Made by a program: the position numbers and the translations under genes. A stretch of DNA of 64,000 nt, taken from Acidimicrobiia bacterium (lineage in GTDB: Bacteria; Actinomycetota; Acidimicrobiia; Spongiisociales; ZC4RG35). The notes below the pieces were generated by a model. It was not told where the DNA came from and searched no databases. It saw only the letters and a list, made by a program, of their open reading frames with translations. Of this stretch, positions 10,117 to 23,336 are shown piece after piece. Where the stretch lies: positions 2,601,958 through 2,665,957 of the forward strand of contig OY762464.1 in NCBI GenBank assembly GCA_963665765.1, read 5' to 3'. Every line of letters begins with the position of its first letter. The stretch's first letter is position 1.

Positions 10117-10818
10117 GTGCGGATCGTTATAAATCATCTGACTCGCATGGAAAAGCCTTATGTGTGCGTGGCGGGAATTCGCTCGGATGGGTTGCATGTC
10201 CGTCCCGTGCTTGAAAGTGGCCGGCTGGGACGTGATCTACTCTGCAGCAGGGGCGGCCCTTTCGCCCTGGGAGCCGTCGTAGACCTTGGTAGCGCACGCC
10301 CACGTCCGGTTGTGCCCGAAGTGGAAGATGTTGTCTGTTCACTATCACGGGTTCGATCGGAGCAAATGTTGAAGGGTGTTACCTTCGGGAACCTCCTGAA
10401 AAGGTCGGCGAAAGCCTCCCTTAGCGAGATCTTTGGTGATGATCTCCTTCGTATGAGCCGAACCGCGACGGCAGTTCCCAAAGGAGCAGGCATCGCTTCT
10501 CTCGGAGTCCTCCAAGTGCGTGGCCGGGTGTCGCTCTTTTCCACTTTATCGTTTGAGAAACCTCAGATAAGATGCACCTTTGCTGACCAGGGTCTTGGTG
10601 AACTATCACTCAAAGTAACCGACCTCCGACTTTGGGAGGTAGATCATAAAACTCCGGTACTATCCCGACTCAAAGCTCTTGAAAGCCGCCTCAGCGACTG
10701 TCTGGTTGCGGTCGGGCTCGGAAGAGCTTATCGTGTTCCCACCTATCCGGGGAGTTGGCACTGGCTTCAGATCAACAACATTTATCCGCTTGAGGACCCG
10801 CTCTGGGCTAGAGAGTGA
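10117..10818 (+). CDS. Hypothetical protein, third gene of the low-GC DUF488 module
   Basis: 233-aa ORF, no motif I recognise, same strand, 13 bp after the second DUF488 gene. Confidence 0.45.
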   Translation: MRIVINHLTRMEKPYVCVAGIRSDGLHVRPVLESGRLGRDLLCSRGGPFALGAVVDLGSARPRPVVPEVEDVVCSLSRVRSEQMLKGVTFGNLLKRSAKASLSEIFGDDLLRMSRTATAVPKGAGIASLGVLQVRGRVSLFSTLSFEKPQIRCTFADQGLGELSLKVTDLRLWEVDHKTPVLSRLKALESRLSDCLVAVGLGRAYRVPTYPGSWHWLQINNIYPLEDPLWARE

Positions 10819-10893
10819 GAACACTACGTGGGCAGCCGGTTGGAGGGGAAGGAAGCCACCGCGGAGGTCTCTGGACTGTGAAGTACGAATAGA

Positions 10894-11874
10894 ATGCCGC
10901 GGGTGGGTTGGCTGAATAGCTGGCGGAAGAGCCGTGGCTCTTCTGGCCCGAAAATATCAAGGGTTCAGGCTGATCCGGCCGTCTCCGCCTTGGCCAAGAC
11001 CCGGGAAGCCTTGTGGGGGGTGCTCCGGTCCATAGCAGGGGGCGACCGTCCGGATCAAGACTTCTGGGACGGATTGGAAGAAGCGTTGGTAGCATCCGAC
11101 ATGGGAGTGGATATCTCCGCCGAGGTGGTGGCGGCGGTACGCATGGGAAAGCCCGGAGACCGAGCCGGAGCGCGGCGTCTGTTGGCCGGGGAGATACGGG
11201 CGCTGTTCGGCGCCGGGCATCGAAACCCGGCGTGGTCAGGTGTCCCGTCTCCGGACTTGGTAGTGGTGATGGTGGTGGGCGTCAACGGAGCGGGGAAGAC
11301 CACCACTGCGGCCAAGATCGCCCACCTGCTGGTCTCCCGCGGTCAGCGGTGTCTCTTGGGCGCGGCGGATACCTATCGGCCCGCCGCGCAACGTCAGCTG
11401 CAAATCTGGACGGAGTCGATCGGGGCGGACATGGTGGGTGGTAGGGAAGGCGCCGATCCGGCGTCCGTGGCCCGCGACGCCTGGTCGGCGGCACAGAGTC
11501 GAGGTCACCAGGTGGTGGTGATCGACACGGCGGGCCGGTTGCATTCCAAGACGCATTTGATGAGCCAGTTGCAAAAGATCAAACGGGTGCTGGTCAAAGC
11601 GGCGGGAAAGGTGGATGAGGTGCTCTTGGTGCTGGACGCGTCGACCGGCCAGAACGGTTTGGCCCAGGCCCGGGAGTTCTGTGACCGGGTGGGAGTGACC
11701 GGGGTGGTGCTCACCAAACTGGACGGAACCGCCCGGGGGGGCGTGGCCGTGGCTGTGGAGCGGAGTCTGGGAGTTCCCATTAAGCTTGTGGGGACCGGTG
11801 AGACGCTTTCGGATCTGGCCCCGTTCTCCGCGGAGAAATTCGTGCAGGCCCTGCTGGGGGAGGAGTCCTCATGA
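10894..11874 (+). CDS. ftsY: Signal recognition particle receptor FtsY
   Basis: SRP GTPase motifs VGVNGAGKTTTAAKIA, VVIDTAGRLH, LTKLDGTARGG. Confidence 0.85.
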   Translation: MPRVGWLNSWRKSRGSSGPKISRVQADPAVSALAKTREALWGVLRSIAGGDRPDQDFWDGLEEALVASDMGVDISAEVVAAVRMGKPGDRAGARRLLAGEIRALFGAGHRNPAWSGVPSPDLVVVMVVGVNGAGKTTTAAKIAHLLVSRGQRCLLGAADTYRPAAQRQLQIWTESIGADMVGGREGADPASVARDAWSAAQSRGHQVVVIDTAGRLHSKTHLMSQLQKIKRVLVKAAGKVDEVLLVLDASTGQNGLAQAREFCDRVGVTGVVLTKLDGTARGGVAVAVERSLGVPIKLVGTGETLSDLAPFSAEKFVQALLGEESS

Positions 11875-12275
11875 TCGGGGATGAGGCCTTGGTGGAAAGA
11901 GCCCGTCGGGCCGCGCTCAACTCCTACTCACCCTATTCGCGGTTCAGGGTGGGCGCCGCCCTCCTGACCGGCGAGGGGGAGGTCCACACCGGCGCCAACG
12001 TGGAGAACGCCGCCTACCCGGTCTCCAACTGTGCGGAGGTCACGGCAGTCAACACGGCGGTTGCCTCGGGAGTCAGAAGCATCGAAACCGTGGCGGTGGT
12101 GTGCCTCGAGGCGGTTTCGATCGACGACTCCTACCCGTGCGGACGTTGCCGGCAGGTGATGAACGAATTCGGGGTGCAGAGGGTGCTGGTGGCGGCGGGT
12201 GAGGGTCCACACCGGGTGCATGCCCTCGCCGAGTTGCTGCCCTATGGGTTTTCGGGCGAGTCCCTGCCGACCTAG
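11871..12275 (+). CDS. cdd: Cytidine deaminase
   Basis: CAEVTAV...PCGRCRQVMNEF zinc-binding CDA motifs, ~134 aa. Confidence 0.8.
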   Translation: MIGDEALVERARRAALNSYSPYSRFRVGAALLTGEGEVHTGANVENAAYPVSNCAEVTAVNTAVASGVRSIETVAVVCLEAVSIDDSYPCGRCRQVMNEFGVQRVLVAAGEGPHRVHALAELLPYGFSGESLPT

Positions 12276-12343
12276 GAACCGGCGGGGGTAAAGAAGGGCC
12301 AACCGAAGGGGGTAGAATTAGGTGGGTCATCGCCCCATGGCAG

Positions 12344-13651
12344 GTGATAAACCCGGCGGAAGGAATCCCCATGATCGACATGCGTCCTCTCTCGGAGGCG
12401 GATCCCCGCACGGCCGGTCTGATCCGTCGCGACGTTGAGCGCCAGAACAGCCACATTCACCTGATTGCTTCCGAGAACTTCGCTTCCCCGGCGGTTATGG
12501 CCGCCTCGGGCTCGATCTTCACCAACAAGTACGCCGAAGGGTATCCGGGACGCCGGTACTACGAGGGCTGTGGGGTGGTGGACGAACTCGAGACTCTGGC
12601 CATAGAGCGAGCGAAGACGCTGTTCGGCGCCGAGGCCGCCAATGTGCAGCCCCATTCGGGCGCCCAGGCCAACATGAGCGTATATTTTTCGCTGTTGAAA
12701 CCGGGAGACCGGGTGCTGGGCATGAGGCTTGACCAGGGTGGGCATCTCACGCACGGCTCGCCGGTCAATTTCTCGGGTCTCTATTACGACTTCGTTGCCT
12801 ACGGGGTGGATCCCGGCACCGAGCAGATCGATATGGACCAGGTGAGAGCATTGGCTCGCCAACATCGTCCCCGAATACTTCTGGCGGGATACTCTGCCTA
12901 TTCCCGGCATCTTGACTATGAAGGGTTCCGGGAGATCGCAGATGAAGTGGGTTCGGTTTTCATGGTGGACGCCGCTCACTTCATCGGGCTGGTGGCCGGC
13001 CGGGCGTATCCCAATCCGGTTGCCTGGGCCGACATTGTCACCGGCACCACCCACAAGGCCTTGCGTGGCCCGCGCGGCGGTTTGGCCCTGGCCAGAGAGG
13101 AATACTCCGGGGCCATCAACAAGGCGGTCTTCCCCAACACCCAGGGTGGGCCGATCATCAACCAGGTGGCCGCCAAAGCGGTGTGCTTTCTGGAGGCATC
13201 CACGCCCGAGTTTCATTCCTACGCCACCCAAATAATTCGCAACGCCGCGGCCATGGCCGACGCCGTGCAGGAATCCGGCGCCCGGGTGGTGTCGGGCGGC
13301 ACTGACAATCACCTGTTTTTGATCGACCTGCGGTCGATCGACGAGGACCTCACCGGCCGGGTGGCCGCCCGTCTGCTGGACGGGTTGGGCATAACGCTCA
13401 ACTTCAACACCATTCCCTTCGATCCCCGCCCTCCCTACCGGGCGTCGGGTCTTCGCATCGGAACCCCCGCCATGACATCTCAGGGCATGACCGAACCCCA
13501 GGCTCAGCAGATAGGTTCTCTGATTGTCAAGGCCCTCCGGGAACGTCACGAACCATCGGTGTTGGGGGACGTGGCCGGCCAAGTTGCGGAGCTGGCTGCT
13601 TCCTTCCCGCCTTACCCGCGCGGTTTTCGAGGATACGGCGATTCCGTATAA
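12344..13651 (+). CDS. glyA: Serine hydroxymethyltransferase
   Basis: LIASENFASPAVMAA...TNKYAEGYPGRRYY...VTGTTHKALRGPRGG (PLP-lysine region). Alternative start at 12371. Confidence 0.9.
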   Translation: MINPAEGIPMIDMRPLSEADPRTAGLIRRDVERQNSHIHLIASENFASPAVMAASGSIFTNKYAEGYPGRRYYEGCGVVDELETLAIERAKTLFGAEAANVQPHSGAQANMSVYFSLLKPGDRVLGMRLDQGGHLTHGSPVNFSGLYYDFVAYGVDPGTEQIDMDQVRALARQHRPRILLAGYSAYSRHLDYEGFREIADEVGSVFMVDAAHFIGLVAGRAYPNPVAWADIVTGTTHKALRGPRGGLALAREEYSGAINKAVFPNTQGGPIINQVAAKAVCFLEASTPEFHSYATQIIRNAAAMADAVQESGARVVSGGTDNHLFLIDLRSIDEDLTGRVAARLLDGLGITLNFNTIPFDPRPPYRASGLRIGTPAMTSQGMTEPQAQQIGSLIVKALRERHEPSVLGDVAGQVAELAASFPPYPRGFRGYGDSV

Positions 13652-13686
13652 CCTTTGACTTTGGTGACCGGAACACAGGAGAGGAC

Positions 13687-14058
13687 TTGGACGTAGAGGC
13701 AATAGTCGGACGTCGCCTGGCGGGGCGGGCGCTGCTTATCGCGCCCTTGGCCGGAGTGGTCTCTTGGGCGATCTGGAGCGCCGCCGCCGGTGGATGGGCT
13801 ATGGCGGGGGCTCTGGTGGCGGCGGGATCCTTCGCGGCCACCGGGTGGGCATTATCCTTGGCCGCTCGCCGTTCTCCCCTCACCCTGGGGGCGGTGGCTT
13901 TTGGGGGTTTTGTGGTCCGGCTGGTGATTATCACCCTGATGGTTTGGGGGGCGGTGTCTGTGTGGGACGCCCATCTGTACGGGATGTTCCTGGGGGTGGG
14001 GGCCTCCTGGTTGGGAGCCTTGATCGCTGAGTCCCGCCGACAGGTGGCGGCCCGATGA
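13687..14058 (+). CDS. Small membrane protein upstream of atpB (AtpI-like, tentative)
   Basis: 123 aa, 3-4 predicted TM helices, directly precedes and overlaps the atpB start. Confidence 0.4.
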   Translation: MDVEAIVGRRLAGRALLIAPLAGVVSWAIWSAAAGGWAMAGALVAAGSFAATGWALSLAARRSPLTLGAVAFGGFVVRLVIITLMVWGAVSVWDAHLYGMFLGVGASWLGALIAESRRQVAAR

Positions 14059-14825
14059 GTCTTCCGGTGCTCGCCCAGGTGGTGGAGGTCCCAAGCAACG
14101 TCAACCACCTGTTCGACTGGCCGGAGGTGTTGCCCCTGGGGATAAACCGGGTGGTGCTGCTCATGTTCCTGGCCACCCTGGCCACCTTCCTGTTCCTGTA
14201 TCTGCCGGTGCGCAAAGCGCGGGTGGTTCCCACCAAAATGGGATTGGTGGTGGAGACCATGGTGGATTTCGTCCGCAACGGCATTGCCCGCGACACCATC
14301 GGGTCGCAGTCAGCCAACTACGAATGGCTGCTGATTCCCATGTTCTTTTGGCTGCTGTTCCTCAATCTCCTGGAAGTCATTCCTCTGGTCAACTTTCCGG
14401 TGACCTCCCGCATGGCCATCCCGGCTTTCTTGGCCGCCCTGGTGTGGGTGGTTTTTGTGTTCGTGGGGCTGAAAAAGCACGGATTGAACTACATCCGCCA
14501 CTCGTTGATTCCGCCGGGGGTTCCCAAGGCGCTATTGATCCTGGTGATCCCCATCGAATTGATCTCGACCTTTCTGATCCGCCCGGTCAGCCTGGCGGTT
14601 CGGTTGTTCGCCAACATGATCGCCGGTCACATCATGCTCACCGTATTCTTTTTGACCTCCGCCTCCTACTTCGTGCTGGAACCGAAGGCGGTGGCGTTCG
14701 TGGTGCCCCTGGCATTTGCCATCGTGATCACCGGATTCGAGATTTTTGTGGGGGTGCTGCAGGCCTTTATTTTTACCTTGTTGACCGCTGTCTACATTGA
14801 AAGCTCCATATATGTGGAGCATTGA
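14055..14825 (+). CDS. atpB: ATP synthase F0 subunit a
   Basis: LAVRLFANMIAGHIML conserved Arg motif, multiple TM helices. Confidence 0.9.
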   Translation: MSLPVLAQVVEVPSNVNHLFDWPEVLPLGINRVVLLMFLATLATFLFLYLPVRKARVVPTKMGLVVETMVDFVRNGIARDTIGSQSANYEWLLIPMFFWLLFLNLLEVIPLVNFPVTSRMAIPAFLAALVWVVFVFVGLKKHGLNYIRHSLIPPGVPKALLILVIPIELISTFLIRPVSLAVRLFANMIAGHIMLTVFFLTSASYFVLEPKAVAFVVPLAFAIVITGFEIFVGVLQAFIFTLLTAVYIESSIYVEH

Positions 14826-14842
14826 ACCCGAGCTCCGAGTAA

Positions 14843-15638
<796 letters not shown>

Positions 15639-15642
<4 letters not shown>

Positions 15643-16178
15643 GTCAGGTCACCGACGGCTACGCAGACGCTCTTTTCGGTCTGGCTTCGGCGGAATCCCA
15701 GCTTGATCGGGTGGAGAGAGAACTCTATGGTCTTGCCCGGGCAGTGGAGGGTTCTCCCGATTTGACCGACGCTCTCTCCGATCCGCTTCTGCCGCCGGAT
15801 CGCCGCTGGGCCTTGATGTCGGAACTGCTGGATGATCGGGCCTCACCGGTGACCGGGGAGGCGATCCGTCTGCTGATTCGCATGGGCAAATTATCGGATT
15901 TGGTGGCGATTGCCGACCGGCTCGCCGAAAAGGTCGCCCTGGTACGAGGTCGCAAGATAGCCGAAGTGCGCTCGGCCGTGTCGATGTCTCCGGAGACCAT
16001 CCGTCGTCTGGAGAAGGTCCTGTCCAAAGTGGTCGGCCACCCGGTGGAGGCAAGAGCGGTGATCGACCCACAAGTTCTGGGGGGAGTGGTGGCCCGGGTG
16101 GGGGATTTGGTGGTGGACGGAACGGTCCGCTCCCGAATGAACCAGGTACGCGCCCTGTTGGCTGATGTTGGAAGCTAA
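15639..16178 (+). CDS. atpH: ATP synthase F1 subunit delta
   Basis: OSCP-like ~179 aa, position between atpF and atpA. Confidence 0.8.
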
Positions 16179-16188
16179 GGAGTAGCCA

Positions 16189-17706
16189 ATGGCTGAGATG
16201 ACAATCACCGCCCAAGACATAACCGAGGCGCTCCGAAAGGCCTTGGAGGAGTGGAGTCCCTCTCTCGCTCGGGAGACCGTCGGTCATGTCTCCGCAATCG
16301 CCGACGGAGTGGCCCGTGTGAAGGGCCTTCCCCGGGCCATGTCTTCGGAGCTCTTGGAATTCGAGGGCGGCCTGCTGGGAGTGGTGCTCGACTTGGAGGA
16401 GGAGTCGATCGGCGTGGTAATGATGGGAGAATCAAACCATGTGGAGGAGGGAGATCCGGTACGCCAGACCAACCGGGTGCTGCAGATCGGAGTGGGAGAC
16501 GAGCTGTTGGGACGGGTGATCGATCCGTTGGGCAACCCCATCGACGGTAAGGGGCCGATCAACACCACTGCCCGTCGCCGTCTGGAAGTGCAGGCGCCCA
16601 CGGTGGTGGAGCGGCAGCCGGTCCATGAGCCGATGCAGACCGGCATCAAAGCTATCGACGCCATGACCCCGGTGGGACGAGGACAGCGGGAACTGATCAT
16701 CGGCGACCGCCAGACCGGGAAAACCGCCCTGGTGGTTGACACGATCATCAATCAGCGGGAGACGGGCGTCAAATGCGTGTATGTGGCGGTGGGCCAGAAA
16801 GCTTCCACCGTGGCCGAGGTGGTGGAGTCCCTCAAGGAGCACGGCGCCATGGACTACACGGTGGTGGTGAACGCCTCTGCCGCGGCGCCCCCGGCTCTTC
16901 AGATGTATGCGCCTTATGCAGGGTCGGCGATCGGCCAATACTGGATGTACAACGGCGAACACGCCTTGGTCATCTTCGACGACCTCTCCAAGCAGGCGGT
17001 GGCCTATCGGGAAATCGCTCTGTTGTTGCGACGTCCGCCCGGCCGGGAGGCCTATCCGGGGGATGTGTTCTATCTGCACAGCCGGTTGCTGGAGCGTTGC
17101 GCGAAACTCTCCTCCGAACTGGGAGGGGGCTCTATGACGGGGCTTCCGATCGTGGAAACCAAGGCAGGAGATGTCTCGGCGTTCATTCCCACCAATGTGA
17201 TCTCCATAACTGACGGGCAGATCTATCTTGAGACCGACCTTTTCTACTCGGGGGTCCGTCCGGCTATCAATGCCGGTATCTCGGTGTCCCGGGTGGGAGG
17301 CGCCGCCCAGTTGAAGGCCATGAAGAAGGTGGCGGGCACTATCCGGATCAACCTCGCTCAATTCCGGGAACTGGAGGCGTTCGCCCAATTCGGGTCGGAA
17401 CTGGACGCCGTTTCGCAGGCGCAGCTTGAGAGAGGCGCCCGGGTGGTGGAGGTTCTCAAACAGCCACAGTTCCGTCCTTCGGCGGTGGACGAGCAGGTTG
17501 TTTCTCTGTACGCCGTCACCCAAGGGTTTATGGACGGCATCCCGGTGGCGGACATTTCCCGATTTGAGAGAGAACTGGCCGGGCACATGCGCCGTCGCCA
17601 TGGGCATCTGCTGCGCGGCATTGTCGAAACCGGGGACCTTCCCGAGGTTGAAATTCTCGAAGCGGCGATAGGGGAGTTCGCCGGAGCTTTTCGCTCGGGA
17701 GACTGA
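16189..17706 (+). CDS. atpA: ATP synthase F1 subunit alpha
   Basis: [18 protein letters not shown] Walker A and [13 protein letters not shown] motifs. Confidence 0.95.
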   Translation: MAEMTITAQDITEALRKALEEWSPSLARETVGHVSAIADGVARVKGLPRAMSSELLEFEGGLLGVVLDLEEESIGVVMMGESNHVEEGDPVRQTNRVLQIGVGDELLGRVIDPLGNPIDGKGPINTTARRRLEVQAPTVVERQPVHEPMQTGIKAIDAMTPVGRGQRELIIGDRQTGKTALVVDTIINQRETGVKCVYVAVGQKASTVAEVVESLKEHGAMDYTVVVNASAAAPPALQMYAPYAGSAIGQYWMYNGEHALVIFDDLSKQAVAYREIALLLRRPPGREAYPGDVFYLHSRLLERCAKLSSELGGGSMTGLPIVETKAGDVSAFIPTNVISITDGQIYLETDLFYSGVRPAINAGISVSRVGGAAQLKAMKKVAGTIRINLAQFRELEAFAQFGSELDAVSQAQLERGARVVEVLKQPQFRPSAVDEQVVSLYAVTQGFMDGIPVADISRFERELAGHMRRRHGHLLRGIVETGDLPEVEILEAAIGEFAGAFRSGD

Positions 17707-17716
17707 GGGACCTTCT

Positions 17717-20048
<2,332 letters not shown>

Positions 20049-20050
20049 CC

Positions 20051-20383
20051 GTGGCTCGCCCTTTCAATGTTGATGTGGTTTCTCCGGAAGGGACTCTTTG
20101 GTCGGGCGATGCCAAGTTCCTGGTGGCTCGCACCACCGAGGGCGAGATCGGAATCCTGGCCGGCCACGAGCCGTTGATGGCCGCCCTGTCCGCCGGGGCA
20201 GTGCTGATCGAACACGATGAAGACCAGCGGACCACCATCGCGGTTCACGGAGGTTTCATGCAAGTGGTGGAGAACCGGGTCACCCTCCTCACCGACCGTG
20301 CCCGGATCACCGCCGGGGACCGGTCCGAGGCCATTGAAGAGGCCCGTCGACTGGCCGAAGGGGATGCGTCGGAATTCGATTGA
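20051..20383 (+). CDS. atpC: ATP synthase F1 subunit epsilon
   Basis: 110 aa, FNVDVVSPEG...GILAGHEPL pattern, last gene of the operon. Confidence 0.85.
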   Translation: MARPFNVDVVSPEGTLWSGDAKFLVARTTEGEIGILAGHEPLMAALSAGAVLIEHDEDQRTTIAVHGGFMQVVENRVTLLTDRARITAGDRSEAIEEARRLAEGDASEFD

Positions 20384-20650
20384 CGCTCGACGACCGGGGG
20401 TAAAATGCCGACTCGAGGCTTTTCGGCCGTAGGTTGGCAAAAATGGTCCGATCCCGGAAGTTGACTTTGTCCACCGACCGACACATACTGACAGTAGTGG
20501 GTCAGTTTGGAGCAACTTGAACGGACACTGCAACAAGGTGAAGGGTGATCGGGGCATGGAATATTTGAAAGCCAAACTGCGATTGGCCGCCTAAAAAGCG
20601 GACAAGTAACGTTAGTATTACCGTTATCTAGAGGACGGAAGGAGCCACCG

Positions 20651-20875
20651 ATGCCGCTACCGCGACGGCCCGGGGATCTCAACCAGCGGGCCAAGATGAT
20701 CGTAGACCTGGCCACTGGGGAGACCACCCAGGAGGAGATCGACAAGCTACCTCCGATGGGTCGGGAGATTTCTGCGCAGGCTCGTAACGCTTCCCTTTCG
20801 CCGGAGCGGCGGCGGGAGATTTCTGCTTTGGCTCGTGCTGCTAAGGCCAAGAAACGGGCTAGTCTGGCAACATAA
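20651..20875 (+). CDS. Small hypothetical protein (74 aa, basic C-terminus)
   Basis: ORF with an upstream GGAAGGAG RBS. A palindrome TAACGttagtattaCCGTTA lies 30 bp upstream. Followed by a 10-bp-stem GC hairpin. No recognisable domain. Confidence 0.3.
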   Translation: MPLPRRPGDLNQRAKMIVDLATGETTQEEIDKLPPMGREISAQARNASLSPERRREISALARAAKAKKRASLAT

Positions 20876-20940
20876 AAGGATTCCTCGGGTAGCGGTCGAG
20901 GAGTAGGCCCCGTACGCTGTCGGGGTCCGATCACGAGAAA

Positions 20941-20980
20941 GGGGCCGACCGGCGGGCTGTTCGTTCGGTAGGTCGGCCCC
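20941..20980 (+). terminator. GC-rich hairpin (10-bp perfect stem GGGGCCGACC/GGTCGGCCCC, 20-nt loop) downstream of the small ORF; no U-tract
   Basis: Seen directly in the sequence; terminator function is inferred. Confidence 0.3.
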
Positions 20981-21336
20981 GGACTCAATCCTAGATGTGT
21001 AGTTCCAAGGGTTCAGTGGTCGTAGGCGATGAGGGAGCGGGCTGGTCCTGGTTGAGGGCTTTCTCGAAAGCTTGGCTGCGGTAGCCTTTGTCGGGATGAT
21101 GGTCTGTCCCTGTCGGGCCACTCGTGCGTGGTGGATCATTTCCAAAGCGGTGGTGCGTTCGTCTGTTTTGGCGCCTGCTACTGCCCAGGTGATGGGTAGA
21201 CCCGATGGGGTAGTGATGAGGTGGAGACGCAGTCCCCAAAAGTATCTGGAGTGGGAGGCGCTATACCCGCTTTTCGGCCCATCCTGCCAGTTCAGAGCGT
21301 TGTTGGATCGGTGACCGGACGCTGTGGACCGCCAAG

Positions 21337-21738
21337 GTGTTCATGGACGATCTGGCGTCGCGCCTTGCCCATCCCGTGCAGTTGACCACTGACGGACTCA
21401 AAGCCTACGTGGAGGCCGTGGACGAGGCGTTCGGCGACATGGTTGACCATCGCATCCTGCGCAAAATCTATGACGGAGGGGCCACGGCCCGCACTGGTTA
21501 CATCAAGCGCCAGAACCTAACTCTGCGGATGAGCAACCGCCGCTACGCCCGGTCCACCAACGCTTTCTCGAAGAAGCTGGAGAACCATGCCCATGCTGTG
21601 TCGTTGCACTTCATGGCGTACAATTTTGTGCGCACTCACCGTTCGCTGGGCAGGGGCGGTACTCCGGCGATGGCGGTGGGATTGGTGGACAGGCCGTGGA
21701 CGCACCAGGGCATCATCAACCTCGTGGACTCAAACTGA
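21337..21738 (+). pseudogene. IS1-family transposase C-terminal fragment (remnant)
   Basis: RQNLTLRMSNRRYARSTNAFSKKLENHAHAVSLHFMAYNFVRTH parallels the IS1 InsB C-terminus ([41 protein letters not shown]). The N-terminal DDE part is missing and upstream frames are broken. Confidence 0.5.
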
Positions 21739-22281
21739 CCCACTACCGGTTGCCTCATCAGCGCCCCGGCGGAGCTTGTCTAACGTGGAGTTGTACGGAG
21801 CGGTCTCGCGTTCAGCGAGAGCTAGCGCTCGGTCACTGTCGTTTTCGGCTTTGCGTTTCTCAATGTCAGCGATTTGCTTTTCGTCCGCTTTGGCTTGTTT
21901 CTCGCGTTCGGCTTGCTCTCGTGCCTCGGCATCGTTGTCCATACTTTTATCACTTTCGTGTAAGTGGAGACATCATGCTATCACTGCCGTCGTGCCCGCT
22001 GTGCCCACTCGATCAGATCATCACCCATGGAAGCATTTTACCCAAGGGGTATGACAATATCCCCGGTCGTCTACAGGCTTGGGTAATTAGGTATGTAATT
22101 CCCAAACCAAACGTCGGCGACCGTCCCGGACAAGATCTCATCGAGGCGGGCCGGAACAAAAGGAGCGATTTTCCAAGCCGCGCACCGGGGCGCGGGTTTT
22201 CGCGACCAACCCGGATTAGGTGCGGCGGGGGCGGGGAACCCTTTTAGGGGACCGTTGAGACTGCAAAAACTGCCACCTCGG

Positions 22282-23256
22282 TTATCGGGATAGGCAGACC
22301 CTGCCCATCACTTTCCGGTCGGCCAGGTAGGCGAGACCGGTCGGGGCTTGCTCGAAGGGATAGACCTGGTCGACGTGGGGACGGATCAGGCCCTGCTCAA
22401 CCCATTGTTGGAGTTGAGCGAGATTGGCTCGGTTTTGTTCGGGGAAGTGTTCCACGAAGGCGCCCCAGAACACCCCCACCGCCGAGGCCGATTTCAGCAG
22501 AGCCAGGTTAAGAGGAAGTTTCGGAATCTTCCCGGCGGCGAATCCCACCACCAGTAAACGCCCGTTCCAGCCCAGTGATCGGAAAGCCGGTTCGGTGGCC
22601 GCGCCTCCCACCGGATCGTAGACCACATCGGCGCCCCGGCCGTCGGTGAAGTCGCGTATCACGGAGCGCAGGTCGTCGCGGTCGTAGCGGATGGCCAGAT
22701 CCGCTCCCTTCTCCAGCACGAACCGGGCTTTTCGGTCCGAGGACACAGCCGCCGCCACCCGGCAGCCCAGTTGCTTGGCGATCTGCACGGCGGCGATACC
22801 CACTCCTCCGGCCGCTCCGAGCACCACCACTGTCTCGCCCGCCGACAAACCGGCCCGGTCAACCAGAGCATGGTAGGAGGTGCCATAGGCGGTCATGAAA
22901 ACCGCCGCCTCCACGTCGGTCAAACTGGGTGGGGCCGGGGCCGTCCGAGAAGCATCCGACACCACCATCTCGGCAAAACATCCCATTCCGGCGAAGACCA
23001 TCACCCGATCCCCCACCCTGACGGAACTCACGTCCGGCCCCACCTCGGTGACGGTTCCCGCTCCCTCGAACCCGGGAACGAAAGGCAGGTCGGGCTTCAC
23101 TTGATAGAGGCCCGACACCATGAGGATGTCGGCGAAGTTGAGACCCGCCCCGCCCAAGGCAATTTTGACCTGTCGCGGCCCTGGAACGGGATCGGGAACC
23201 TCTTCGGTTCTTAATCCGGACGGCCCGGTCCAGTCGGTGCACACCACGGCTTTCAC
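22282..23256 (-). CDS. qor: NADPH:quinone oxidoreductase / zinc-type alcohol dehydrogenase-like (MDR family)
   Basis: MKAVV...GPEVL...EVPDPVPGPRQVKIAL N-terminus, GAAGGVGIAAVQIAK Rossmann motif. Confidence 0.8.
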   Translation of the reverse strand: MKAVVCTDWTGPSGLRTEEVPDPVPGPRQVKIALGGAGLNFADILMVSGLYQVKPDLPFVPGFEGAGTVTEVGPDVSSVRVGDRVMVFAGMGCFAEMVVSDASRTAPAPPSLTDVEAAVFMTAYGTSYHALVDRAGLSAGETVVVLGAAGGVGIAAVQIAKQLGCRVAAAVSSDRKARFVLEKGADLAIRYDRDDLRSVIRDFTDGRGADVVYDPVGGAATEPAFRSLGWNGRLLVVGFAAGKIPKLPLNLALLKSASAVGVFWGAFVEHFPEQNRANLAQLQQWVEQGLIRPHVDQVYPFEQAPTGLAYLADRKVMGRVCLSR

Positions 23257-23336
23257 AATCGGATAGATTACTGCGTCGGCGCCGGGTTCGCCCCGCTTGG
23301 AGACAATCCCGGTAACGCCACGCGGTCCCCGGCGTC

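Noticed and set aside
21730-21942. 70-aa minus-strand ORF (charged, coiled-coil-like) overlapping the IS1 fragment end
   Set aside because: It is low-complexity E/K/A/D-rich, overlaps the transposase remnant, and has no RBS or motif. Probably spurious.
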